Assembly: GCA_025356635.1 (NCBI GenBank)
Contig: JANXRY010000119.1
Location: 10,128 to 74,127 of the forward strand
Source of the DNA: Gammaproteobacteria bacterium
GTDB lineage: Bacteria; Pseudomonadota; Gammaproteobacteria; Xanthomonadales; Xanthomonadaceae
Length of the DNA stretch: 64,000 nucleotides
Reading direction: 5' to 3'
In this document: piece by piece, positions 49,149 through 59,558 of the stretch
Position numbering within the stretch: the stretch's first letter is position 1
How the letters are laid out: each line of letters starts with the position of its first letter
Notes under the pieces: model-generated
What the model was told of the DNA's origin: nothing
The model's database searches: none
The model's input: only the letters and a program-made list of their open reading frames with translations
Program-made: the position numbers and the translations under genes

Positions 49149-50216
49149 ATGACCCCACAAAACGACCGTTTCCTGCGCGCGTTGCGCCGCGAGCCGGTGG
49201 ATTGCACGCCAGTCTGGCTGATGCGCCAGGCCGGCCGCTACCTGCCCGAGTACCGCGCCACCCGCGCCAAGGCCGGCAGCTTCATGGGCCTGGCCACGAA
49301 TCCCGAACTCGCCTGCGAAGTGACGCTGCAACCACTCGCGCGCTTCGATCTCGACGCGGCGATCCTGTTCTCCGACATCCTGACCATCCCCGACGCGATG
49401 GGCCTGGGTCTGTCCTTCGCGGAGGGCGAAGGCCCACGCTTCGCCCATCCCGTGCGCAACGCCGCAGACGTAGCCAAGCTGTTCGTGCCGGACATGGACA
49501 AGGAACTGCGTTACGTGATGGATGCCGTCACGCTGATCCGCCACGAACTGCACGGCCGCGTGCCCCTGATCGGCTTTTCCGGCAGCCCATGGACGCTGGC
49601 CTGCTACATGGTCGAGGGCGGCGGCAGCGACAACTTTTCGCGGATCAAGGCGATGCTGTTTTCGGAGCCCGCGCTGCTGCACAAGCTGCTCGGCGTGGTC
49701 ACCGACGCGGTCATTGCCTATTTGTCCGCGCAACGCAGTGCCGGCGCGCAGGCCTTGCAAGTCTTCGACACCTGGGGCGGCGTGCTGGCACCGCACCACT
49801 ATCGCGAATTTTCCCTGCCCTACCTCACCCGCATCGCCCGCGAACTGCCGCGCGGCGAAGGCATTGAGCGCACGCCATTGATCGTGTTCGGCAAGGGCAA
49901 CGCTCCGTACCTGGAAGAACTCGCCGCCAGCGGTACAGAAGGTGTCGGCGTGGATTGGACGGTAGCGCTGGGCGAAGCGCGCCGGCGCACCGGCGGCCGC
50001 GTGGCGTTGCAGGGCAACCTCGATCCGGCCACGCTGTACGGCACGCCGGACGCCATTCGCGCGGAAACCAGACGCGCGCTCGACGACTTCGCCGCCGCCA
50101 ATGGCGGCTCGCGCGCCGGGCATATCTTCAACCTCGGTCATGGCCTGTCACCGGACATGGACCACGAGCGCGTGAAAGTGCTGGTCGACGCCGTGCACGA
50201 GTTCAGCCGGATGTGA
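49149..50216 (+). CDS. hemE: Uroporphyrinogen decarboxylase
   Basis: ATG 49149. [32 protein letters not shown]...FDTWGG...IFNLGHG. Confidence 0.94.
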   Translation: MTPQNDRFLRALRREPVDCTPVWLMRQAGRYLPEYRATRAKAGSFMGLATNPELACEVTLQPLARFDLDAAILFSDILTIPDAMGLGLSFAEGEGPRFAHPVRNAADVAKLFVPDMDKELRYVMDAVTLIRHELHGRVPLIGFSGSPWTLACYMVEGGGSDNFSRIKAMLFSEPALLHKLLGVVTDAVIAYLSAQRSAGAQALQVFDTWGGVLAPHHYREFSLPYLTRIARELPRGEGIERTPLIVFGKGNAPYLEELAASGTEGVGVDWTVALGEARRRTGGRVALQGNLDPATLYGTPDAIRAETRRALDDFAAANGGSRAGHIFNLGHGLSPDMDHERVKVLVDAVHEFSRM

Positions 50217-50225
50217 TCTTGCTTT

Positions 50226-50292
50226 TGTAGGAGCGATGGAAATCGCGACCGGATTCCGCGCGATCTTGGTCGCGATTTCCATCGCTCCTACA
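50226..50292. repeat. REPIN-like palindromic element, copy 2 (25-nt arms identical to copy 1, 17-nt loop)
   Basis: tgtaggagcgatggaaatcgcgacc (50226-50250) pairs with ggtcgcgatttccatcgctcctaca (50268-50292). It lies between convergent hemE and the hybrid kinase. Confidence 0.85.
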
Positions 50293-53200
50293 TCAGCGTG
50301 TCACGGATGGCATTCGCCAGGATCTCACTGGTCACCGGCTTGCGCAGGAAACCGTCCATGCCGGCCGCTCGCGCCAGCGGTTCGGCCTCGGCATCGGCAC
50401 GGGCGGTCAAGGCTAGCAATGGCAGGCGATGCCCCTGCGCGCGGATCAGTCGCGCCAGTTCGAAACCATCGATCCCGGGCAGGTCGAGATCGAGCAAGGC
50501 CAGGTCGAAGCGACCGAGCTGCAATTCCGAAAGCGCCGCCAAACCCTGTGGCGCATGCACGGCCTCGTGACCGAGCGATGCAAGCAAGCCGACCACGACT
50601 TCGGCAACGGTAGGGTCGTCTTCAACCACCAGCACTCGCCGGCATTTGCCTGAATTTACGGGAGCCACAGTGATCACCGCGCGCTCCTCCAACACCACCG
50701 CAGGCAAGGGTAACAACACCCGGAAGGTACTGCCCAGTCCGGCCTGACTATGCACAGCAATACGCCCACCCATCGCCGCCGCCAATTCCTGGCTGATCGC
50801 CAGGCCCAGGCCGCTGCCACCATAACGCAGCGTGGTGCGCGCGCCATCGGCTTGTTCGAAACGCTGGAACAAGCGCGCCTGCTGGTCGGCGTTCATGCCC
50901 GGGCCGGTATCGCTGACCTCCAGCACCACGCCATTCGGCGTAGCAGCGCTGCGCAGCGCAACTTCACCGCGCGCAGTGAACTTGATCGCGTTGTTGCCGA
51001 GGTTGAGCAGGATCTGGCGAACCCGACCGGGATCACCACGCAGACCGCGCGGCGTACCTGGCGCCCGCTGCAGGGAAAAAGCCAGGCCTTTGGCGCGGGC
51101 GAGGGGACGCAACAAGTCCGCGATTTCCTCGAGCAGGGCATGCAGATCGAAGGCCTCATCGAGCAGGCTGAGTTTCCCGGCCTCGATCCGCGCCAGATCC
51201 AGGGCATCGTTGACCAAGCGCAACAGGTGCTGGCCGGCACGCTGGATCGCCTCGACGCGTGCGCGTTGTTGTGGCGCAAGTTCTCCCGCCTGCAGCAGTT
51301 CGGCCATGCCTAGCACGCCCGTCATCGGTGTGCGGATCTCGTGCCCGAGCGTGGCCAGGAAACGGCTTTTGGCTTCGGAGCTCGCTTCGGTCAGGCGCTG
51401 GTGCTGATCCAGCAGCTGCCGGGAAAGCCGAAGTCGCAAGCGCCGCCGATAGGCCCAGAACACGATGAACATGAGCAGGATTGCGATCGCCGCATAAGCG
51501 CCGCGCGCCAAACCGGTGCGCCACCATGGCGCCTGCACCTGCAAGTTGAAAGTTCGCGGTTGCGACCAACGACCATCGGCATTGGCGGCGCGAACTTCCA
51601 GCCGGTAGTGGCCCGGCTCCAGCCGCGAAAAAATCCGTTCGCCCTGGGCGCTGATTTCCACCCAATCCGGATCGTAGCCGTGCAACCAGAACCGGTACCG
51701 GTGTGCGCTGGGATCAGCGAACGAAAGCAGCCGTGCGACCACGCGCAGATCGCGATCATCCGGAGCCAACGTGTATTGGCTGGCGTTGGCATCGAGTTCG
51801 ACCTGGTCTTCGCCGCGACGCAACGACACCGAGTCGAGCACCAGCTGCGGGATCGCAGCCACGCTGCGGATGCGCGCCGGATCGAACAGAACCAGTCCCG
51901 ATTGCGTGCTGGCAAGGCCAAGCCCGGAGGCGGTGAACAGCGGCGCGCGCCATTCGAATTCCTGACTCGGCAAGCCATCACGGACTCCGAACACGCGCAA
52001 GCGATCGCTGATCGGGTCATAGCGGACCAGTCCGCGCGCACTGGTTACCCAGATGGCGCCATGGCGGTCCGCCTGGACACCACCGGACTCGGCTGCCGGC
52101 AAGCCCTGGTCGGCACTGACACTTCGCAGCTTCAGCAAACCCAGCCCATCCCAGCGATAGGCTTCCAGGGCACCGAGCCGATGCAGCCAGACCGTGTCCG
52201 GCGGCACCACCGCGAAACCGAACACGCCCATCTCGGGCGCGCCGGGCACGCGTTCGAAACGGGCTTTGGCCGGATCCCAGTGACGCAGGCCTTTCGGACC
52301 CGCCAGCCAGAGCGAGCCATCCGGACCCGGGGCGAGCTGTTTCTGGTCGGCGCTGTCCATCCCCTTGCCATCAGCCACGGTAATGCTGTGCACGACCCGG
52401 CCCTGGCGATCAATCGCCTGGACGCCAGCGCCATAAACGGCCAGCCAGAGCAGGCCGTCCGTGGTTTCCGCGAGCTGATTGACCGATCCGCTGAGCAGGC
52501 CGGTGCCATCGCCACTGTGCAGGCAATGCAGGTCTTGCGGCTGCAGCTGGAATCGGCACAGGCCATTCGGCAGCCCGATCCAGACACTGCCGTCGCTGCG
52601 TTCGAGCAGCGCCGACAAGCGCCCCTCGGGTAGCCGCACTGGATCGACCAACACCTTCCGGAATTGTCCGGTGCGTGCATCCAGGCGTGCGATGACGCCG
52701 CCAAGGCCGGCCAGCCACGCGCCACCATCACGGCCTTCGGCCATGGACCAGGGAACCTGCGCCGATTGACTGCCGGGACCGGCCGCGAGCACGGAAAAAT
52801 TCCGCCAGCCCGCTGACAGTCGAAACAGTCCCTGGTCAATAGTGGCGAACCACAACCCACCTTCGTGATCTTCCAGGCCCGCGATCACCGGGGCATGGCC
52901 GATGGCATCGCTGGCCATGGCATCGATTACGCCATTGCGTTCGCGCACCAGGCCGTGTCGGGTGGCGAACCAGCGGGTGCCTTCACGATCGCGCAACACC
53001 GACAGCACGACCGGATCCGGCAATTGGCCACGCCAGGCCGGCACGGAAACCACACCGGCTGCAGTGCGCTGCAACAATCCGGCGCGGGTGCCGATCCAGA
53101 GGTTGCCATCAGGTTCTGCGACAAGACTCAGGATTACCTGGTTACCGCCGTCACCGAGTGCCACGGGCTCGAATCCCGAACCCCGGTAATGCATCAGTCC

Positions 53201-53770
53201 AGCCGCCGTGCCGACCCAGAGCGAACCATCGGTGGCGGCCGCCAACGAGAGCACGTTTTCCGATGCCAGCGCCTTCGGATTGCCGGGAATTGGCAGGAAA
53301 TGCGTTGCTTGCAAGCGCTGGTCGAAGCGGTACAGGCCATCGCCGAACGTGGCGACCCAGACGGCACCATCGGGCGTGCCGACGATCGCCCAGATGTCGT
53401 CGCCGGCAGCCGCGGAAACCGGCTGGAATTCCCGGCGCTTCGGGTCGAGCAGGCGCAGTCCCTGGCCCTCGATGCTGACCCAGATCCGGTCGTCGGCGCC
53501 GGCATAGACGGCATTGACGAAATTGCCCGGCAAGCTGGTGGAATCACCTTCGGCATGGCGATAGATGCGATAGCTCACGCCGTCGTAGCGGGCCAGGCCA
53601 TCACGGGTGGCGACCCACAGGTAGCCGGCGCGGTCCACGGCCAGGGCATTGACGCCGCTGGCGGGCAGGCCTTCCGCCACGCCATCCTGGCGGAAATGCG
53701 GGCGTTCCGGGATATCGGCGCGCGCCAGCCCGATCAGCAGGATGCCGATGATCAACCACGTTGCTCGCAT
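50288..53770 (-). CDS. Hybrid sensor histidine kinase with a periplasmic two-component-regulator propeller / Y_Y_Y domain and a C-terminal receiver
   Basis: 1160 aa. Signal/TM, repeated GxLWxGTxxGL propeller blades, TM, H-box LATLGHEIRTPMT, HATPase (DTGPGM...GSGLGLAIS), REC (VLVVEDD...LLDLDLPGIDG). Confidence 0.88.
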   Translation of the reverse strand: MRATWLIIGILLIGLARADIPERPHFRQDGVAEGLPASGVNALAVDRAGYLWVATRDGLARYDGVSYRIYRHAEGDSTSLPGNFVNAVYAGADDRIWVSIEGQGLRLLDPKRREFQPVSAAAGDDIWAIVGTPDGAVWVATFGDGLYRFDQRLQATHFLPIPGNPKALASENVLSLAAATDGSLWVGTAAGLMHYRGSGFEPVALGDGGNQVILSLVAEPDGNLWIGTRAGLLQRTAAGVVSVPAWRGQLPDPVVLSVLRDREGTRWFATRHGLVRERNGVIDAMASDAIGHAPVIAGLEDHEGGLWFATIDQGLFRLSAGWRNFSVLAAGPGSQSAQVPWSMAEGRDGGAWLAGLGGVIARLDARTGQFRKVLVDPVRLPEGRLSALLERSDGSVWIGLPNGLCRFQLQPQDLHCLHSGDGTGLLSGSVNQLAETTDGLLWLAVYGAGVQAIDRQGRVVHSITVADGKGMDSADQKQLAPGPDGSLWLAGPKGLRHWDPAKARFERVPGAPEMGVFGFAVVPPDTVWLHRLGALEAYRWDGLGLLKLRSVSADQGLPAAESGGVQADRHGAIWVTSARGLVRYDPISDRLRVFGVRDGLPSQEFEWRAPLFTASGLGLASTQSGLVLFDPARIRSVAAIPQLVLDSVSLRRGEDQVELDANASQYTLAPDDRDLRVVARLLSFADPSAHRYRFWLHGYDPDWVEISAQGERIFSRLEPGHYRLEVRAANADGRWSQPRTFNLQVQAPWWRTGLARGAYAAIAILLMFIVFWAYRRRLRLRLSRQLLDQHQRLTEASSEAKSRFLATLGHEIRTPMTGVLGMAELLQAGELAPQQRARVEAIQRAGQHLLRLVNDALDLARIEAGKLSLLDEAFDLHALLEEIADLLRPLARAKGLAFSLQRAPGTPRGLRGDPGRVRQILLNLGNNAIKFTARGEVALRSAATPNGVVLEVSDTGPGMNADQQARLFQRFEQADGARTTLRYGGSGLGLAISQELAAAMGGRIAVHSQAGLGSTFRVLLPLPAVVLEERAVITVAPVNSGKCRRVLVVEDDPTVAEVVVGLLASLGHEAVHAPQGLAALSELQLGRFDLALLDLDLPGIDGFELARLIRAQGHRLPLLALTARADAEAEPLARAAGMDGFLRKPVTSEILANAIRDTLM

Positions 53771-53857
53771 GAACGTCCCCTGTCAGCCGGCATCCTCGCA
53801 ACAGCGCGTTGCCTCTGCAAGCACCCCGCCTTCACAACCGGGGGCTAGAATCGGCCC

Positions 53858-54487
53858 ATGCACGCCTATATCGCCCTGCTTCCCCTGTTGCTGCTCACCG
53901 GTTCCGGCCCGGCCGCCGCCAAGGCCGAGCATTTCCGGATCGATCCGGTGCACACGCGGGTCGCGTTCCAGGTGAGCCACGCCGGCTTCTCCAATCCGAT
54001 CGGGAGTTTTTCCGGCAGCTCCGGCGAACTCGACTTCGACCCGGACAATGTCACCGCCGACCACGTGGATGTGCACATCCCGATTGCCACGCTCAACCTC
54101 GGCGACAGCGCTTGGCAAGACAAGATCCTTGACGCGACGTTCTTCGACGCGAAGAAATTTCCCGAGGCACATTTCGTGTCCACGCACGTGGAAAAAACCG
54201 GCGAGACCACCTACACCATCGACGGCATGTTGACCCTGCACGGCGTCAGCCACCCGGTGCAATTGCAGGCGACGTTCAACGCGCTCAAGCGGCACCCGCT
54301 GACTTTCCGCCGGACGATCGGATTTTCCGCCAGCGGCACGCTCAAGCGCAGCGATTTCGGCATGAACTCATGGTCGAGCCTGGTGGGCGACGACGTTCGC
54401 CTGCTGCTCGAGATTGAAGCGCAGAAAGCTGGCACTCCCGATGATCACGAACTGAGTAGTGAGGCCCATGATGCCGATAAAAAATAA
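53858..54487 (+). CDS. YceI-family periplasmic protein
   Basis: 209 aa. Signal peptide MHAYIALLPLLLLTGSGPAAAKA. YceI core (IDPVHTRVAFQVSHAGFSNPIGSF...DAKKFPEAHFVS...LTLHGVSHPV). Confidence 0.85.
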   Translation: MHAYIALLPLLLLTGSGPAAAKAEHFRIDPVHTRVAFQVSHAGFSNPIGSFSGSSGELDFDPDNVTADHVDVHIPIATLNLGDSAWQDKILDATFFDAKKFPEAHFVSTHVEKTGETTYTIDGMLTLHGVSHPVQLQATFNALKRHPLTFRRTIGFSASGTLKRSDFGMNSWSSLVGDDVRLLLEIEAQKAGTPDDHELSSEAHDADKK

Positions 54488-55541
54488 CGCCGAACGCTGG
54501 GGTAGCGTCAGCATTGGCCTGCACTGGCTGACTTTCCTGTTGATCGTGGGCCTGGGTACGGTTGGCCTGATCATGACTGACTTGCCAACCAGCCCGTTCA
54601 AGATCCAGGTCTACACCTTGCACAAGAGTTTCGGCCTGACCGTGTTCGCACTGAGCTTGCTGCGTGTGTTCTGGCGTTTGCTTACCGGCGTCCCCAAGCC
54701 GGAACCCAACTCGCCGCGTTGGCAGAACTCCCTCGCCACCGTCACCCATGGCGCGCTGAACGCACTGCTGCTGGCGATTCCGCTATCGGGCTGGCTGTTC
54801 AACTCCGCTGCTGGTTTCCCGTTGAAATGGTTTGGGCTGTTCGCGCTGCCCAAGCTCAGCGGCTTCAATCCCGGGCTGAAGGCGTTCGCACGCGACATGC
54901 ACGAGACGCTGTTCTATGTGCTGGCTGCTTTGGTCTTGATCCACGCCGCCGCCGCGCTTTATCACCACTACCGGTTGCGCGATCGCGTGTTGGCGCGGAT
55001 GCTGCCGATGATGACGCTGTTGCTGGTGCTGCCGGGGGTGTCGAGCGCGGCGGATTGGACGATGCAACCCGGCTCGACGCTCGGTTTTTCCGCCAGTTAC
55101 CAAGGTGAAGTTTTCCAGGGCCGGTTCGGCAAGTTCACACCGCAGATCCGTTTCGATCCCGCCAAGCTGGCCGACAGCCGCTTCGAGGTGCGCATCGCCC
55201 TGGCCAGCGCCAGCACCAATAACCAGGAACGCGACGAATTGCTCGTCGGCGAGGATTTTTTCGCCAGCGCCAAATTGCCCGAAGCCCGCTACAGCGCCAG
55301 CAAGTTCCGTGCGCTCGGCGGCCATCGTTTCGCGGCTGACGGCACGCTCAGTTTGCGCGGCGTGAACAAGCCGGTGACGCTGACGTTCACCTGGACGCCC
55401 GGCGCTAAGCCGGTGCTGGCCGGCGAGGCCACGCTCAAGCGCCTGGACTTCGGCGTCGGCAGCGGCGACTGGACCGACACCGGGCTGATTCCGAATGAGG
55501 TGAAGGTGACGACGCGATTGGTGCTGGCACCGGCTTCGTAG
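54468..55541 (+). CDS. Cytochrome b561 (4-TM, CybB-like) fused in frame to a YceI domain
   Basis: N-part RWGSVSIGLHWLTFLL...HKSFG...LIHAAAALYHHYRLRDRVLARML. Then a signal-peptide-like MLPMMTLLLVLPGVSSA (from 54999). Then the YceI domain (WTMQPGSTLGFSASYQGEVFQGRFGKF...LSLRGVNKPV). No stop between the parts. Start is ATG 54468 or 54471. Confidence 0.8.
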   Translation: MMPIKNNAERWGSVSIGLHWLTFLLIVGLGTVGLIMTDLPTSPFKIQVYTLHKSFGLTVFALSLLRVFWRLLTGVPKPEPNSPRWQNSLATVTHGALNALLLAIPLSGWLFNSAAGFPLKWFGLFALPKLSGFNPGLKAFARDMHETLFYVLAALVLIHAAAALYHHYRLRDRVLARMLPMMTLLLVLPGVSSAADWTMQPGSTLGFSASYQGEVFQGRFGKFTPQIRFDPAKLADSRFEVRIALASASTNNQERDELLVGEDFFASAKLPEARYSASKFRALGGHRFAADGTLSLRGVNKPVTLTFTWTPGAKPVLAGEATLKRLDFGVGSGDWTDTGLIPNEVKVTTRLVLAPAS

Positions 55542-55597
55542 GAGCGATGGCAATCGCGACCGGGTCGCGACGTGGTCGCGATTGCCATCGCTCCTAC
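55538..55597. repeat. REPIN-like palindromic element, copy 3 (24-nt arms with a compensated A-to-C / T-to-G change, 12-nt loop)
   Basis: gtaggagcgatggCaatcgcgacc (55538-55561) pairs with ggtcgcgattGccatcgctcctac (55574-55597). It contains the TAG stops of both convergent genes. Confidence 0.85.
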
Positions 55598-55821
55598 AAA
55601 AGCGAAACGAACGCCCGGACCTTCACGGCATCGAACGGCCAATCCAGTTCGCCGCCGTCGTCACGCCGCAATACCGGCACGCGCGTGCCGTAGCGCGCTT
55701 CCAGCGCCACGTCGCCGTCGATCCAGACGACCTCGAGATCCGCCACGCGGGCCGCGACCAGCACTTCGTAAGCCTGGTCGCACAGGTGGCAGTCGTCGCG
55801 CTGGAACAGTGTCAATTGCAT
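55594..55821 (-). CDS. Glutaredoxin-like small protein (DUF836 type, CxxC)
   Basis: 75 aa. [21 protein letters not shown]...GTRVPVL. Confidence 0.75.
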   Translation of the reverse strand: MQLTLFQRDDCHLCDQAYEVLVAARVADLEVVWIDGDVALEARYGTRVPVLRRDDGGELDWPFDAVKVRAFVSLL

Positions 55822-55861
55822 GGTTGAGCATAGAATACTGGCTCACTTCGGAAAACAGCCC

Positions 55862-57244
<1,383 letters not shown>

Positions 57245-57337
57245 GCCGGATCGAATGTTGCGACGGGCTTCACGCAGCCTCGCTTGCGGTTTGCCGCCAG
57301 CAGCGTCATAAAGGAGCCGGGGATAGGGAGACGCACG

Positions 57338-59524
57338 ATGTTGCGGTTCATCCTGCTGACTGGCTTGTACGTACTGGGTACCTGGTACTCGGAGGCCTTT
57401 GTCCACGCCCCGAACCAGGTCACGTTGTTCTGGCCCGCCGCCGGCATCGCCTATGCAGCCGTTCTACGCTATGGCTGGCGCTGGGCCGCCTTCATCCCGG
57501 TCGCTGTGCTGATCGGCCATTTGTTGTTCATCCCGGTACCGACCTCGTTCCTGGTCTACTCGGCCCTGAGCAATTTCGTCGGCGCCATCGCCGGTTATCT
57601 GGCGGTGTACTGGAACTCGCAATCGCCGCGACTGACCGTTGCCAGCGGCTTCGTCATGTTACGCGGCGCGGTAGTGATGGTCCTGGTCTCGGCGCTGATC
57701 GGCAGTTACGGACTGGTTGAAACCGGCATGGTGCCGGCGCTGTCGTTCTGGCCGGCGCTGGTCAAATGGGCCTTGGGCGATCTGCTCGGCATCATCTGCA
57801 TCGCGCCGAGCATGCTGCTGCTGTCGGCACCGCTGTCGAGCAATCCCGACCAACCAAAGCACAGCGACTATTCCTCGCCACAGGAAAAAATGGCCTGGGG
57901 CATCCTGCTGCTAGCGTCGTATGCTTTCGTATACCTCGGCGGGCAACGTGGCGGCTTGTATGCGCTGGGCATGGTCGCGCTGCCCTTGTCACTACTGCTG
58001 TGGAGCGCACTGCGCTTCCAGCCAGTCTGGTCGACACTAGGTACGGCGGTGGCCGTGTTGTTCCTGACCACGCTCACCGGCCTCGGCCTCGGCGGCTTCA
58101 AGCCACCTGTGGCGCTGCTCGATTCGGTCCTGTTGCTCACCTTCATGGGCTTGTTCGCCACCATTCCACTGGTGCTGATGGCGTCCTTGCACGAGCAGCG
58201 GCTGGCCACCCGCAAAGTTCTGCGCCGCGCCACTACCGATGCCGCCACCAACCTGCCCAACCGCACCGCGTTCGAGGAAGCCGTGCACAAGGCCCTGCAA
58301 GGTGGTGAAGTCCGGGCCTTGGCCTACCTCGACCTCGACCACTTCACCCTGATCAACGACACCGCCAGCCACGCCGCCGGCGACGCCCTGATTCACGGCA
58401 TCGGCTCCCTGCTCAAGGCGCGCCTGCGCGAGGGCGACCAATTGTTCCGGATTGGCGGCGACGAATTCGCGCTGTTGCTGTCCGGCGAACCGGACACCAT
58501 GCAGTTGCGCCTGGAGCACCTGCAACGCGCCGTCGAAAACTACCGGGTTGGCTGGCAGGACCATGTGCTCAACATCACCGTCAGCATCGGCCTGGTGCTG
58601 TTCAAGCCCGGCCAGTTCGAATATGCGCGGCTGCTCTCGCTGGGTGACGCTGCCTGCTTCACCGCCAAGGAACTGGGCGGCAATCGCGTCTACATGGCCA
58701 GCCAGGAACCGGGCGAAATGTTCGAGCGCACCCGCGCCATGCACTGGGCGGTGCGTATCCGCGAAGCGATCGACCGCAACCTGTTCGAACTCGACTGCCA
58801 GCGAATCACCTCCCTGCGCGGTCACGATGGCGACGGCGAGCACATCGAAATCCTGTTGCGCATGCGTGATTCGGAAACCGGCGAACGGCTGGCACCGGGC
58901 CACTTCATCCCCGCCGCCGAGCGCTTCCAGCTGGGCGTGGCGCTGGATCGGCACGTGGTCAACCTGACCCTGGACTGGCTGGAGGCGCGGCCGGAATCGG
59001 CCGTGCGCCTGCAGACCTGCGCGATCAACCTGACGGCCGCTTCGCTGGTAGACGAAGGCTTCCGCAATTTCCTCTACCAGCGTGTGCGCAAGAGTCGTTT
59101 GTCCGCCTCGAAACTGTGCTTCGAAGTCACCGAGACCAGTGCAGTGCGCGACCTGGCCCGCGCCCAGGTACTGATCGGGCAGATGCGCGAACTCGGCTGC
59201 GCGTTCGCACTGGACGACTTCGGCACTGGCTTCTGCTCGTTCAACTACCTGCGCTCGCTGGACGTGGACTACTTCAAGATCGACGGCAGCTTCATCCGAG
59301 ATCTGCAGAGCTCCCCGCTGTCGGTGGCGGTGGTTCGCGCGATCACCGACATCGCCCATGTGCTCGACAAGCAGACCATCGCCGAGCACACCGAAAACGA
59401 ATCCGACTTCGCGACATTGCGCGCGCTGGGCGTGGACTACGCGCAGGGTTTCGCGATCCACCGGCCGGAACCGATCGACCAATTCTTCCGCTCGCTGCCG
59501 GCGCAAGTGCGCCATATCGCCTGA
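57338..59524 (+). CDS. MASE1-GGDEF-EAL membrane signalling protein (c-di-GMP turnover)
   Basis: ATG 57338 with GGGAG upstream. MASE1 N-domain (VTLFWPAAGIAYAAVLRYGWRW). GGDEF intact (FRIGGDEFALLL). EAL domain (EILLRM, EVTETS, DDFGTG, KIDGSFI). Confidence 0.88.
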   Translation: MLRFILLTGLYVLGTWYSEAFVHAPNQVTLFWPAAGIAYAAVLRYGWRWAAFIPVAVLIGHLLFIPVPTSFLVYSALSNFVGAIAGYLAVYWNSQSPRLTVASGFVMLRGAVVMVLVSALIGSYGLVETGMVPALSFWPALVKWALGDLLGIICIAPSMLLLSAPLSSNPDQPKHSDYSSPQEKMAWGILLLASYAFVYLGGQRGGLYALGMVALPLSLLLWSALRFQPVWSTLGTAVAVLFLTTLTGLGLGGFKPPVALLDSVLLLTFMGLFATIPLVLMASLHEQRLATRKVLRRATTDAATNLPNRTAFEEAVHKALQGGEVRALAYLDLDHFTLINDTASHAAGDALIHGIGSLLKARLREGDQLFRIGGDEFALLLSGEPDTMQLRLEHLQRAVENYRVGWQDHVLNITVSIGLVLFKPGQFEYARLLSLGDAACFTAKELGGNRVYMASQEPGEMFERTRAMHWAVRIREAIDRNLFELDCQRITSLRGHDGDGEHIEILLRMRDSETGERLAPGHFIPAAERFQLGVALDRHVVNLTLDWLEARPESAVRLQTCAINLTAASLVDEGFRNFLYQRVRKSRLSASKLCFEVTETSAVRDLARAQVLIGQMRELGCAFALDDFGTGFCSFNYLRSLDVDYFKIDGSFIRDLQSSPLSVAVVRAITDIAHVLDKQTIAEHTENESDFATLRALGVDYAQGFAIHRPEPIDQFFRSLPAQVRHIA

Positions 59525-59558
59525 CCCACGCCAGCGCCACCAGGCTTCGTTTCCTGCC

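Noticed and set aside
49035-50141. 368-aa minus-strand ORF
   Set aside because: It is antisense to hemE.
51341-53848. Plus-strand ORFs of 430 and 327 aa (51341-52633 and 52865-53848)
   Set aside because: They are antisense to the propeller hybrid kinase and have a biased Arg/Ala/Gly composition.
44674-55597. Possibility that the repeated palindromes form a CRISPR array
   Set aside because: The copies are about 5 kb apart and separated by ordinary genes. Each is an inverted-repeat pair rather than a direct repeat with unique spacers. No cas genes are present.
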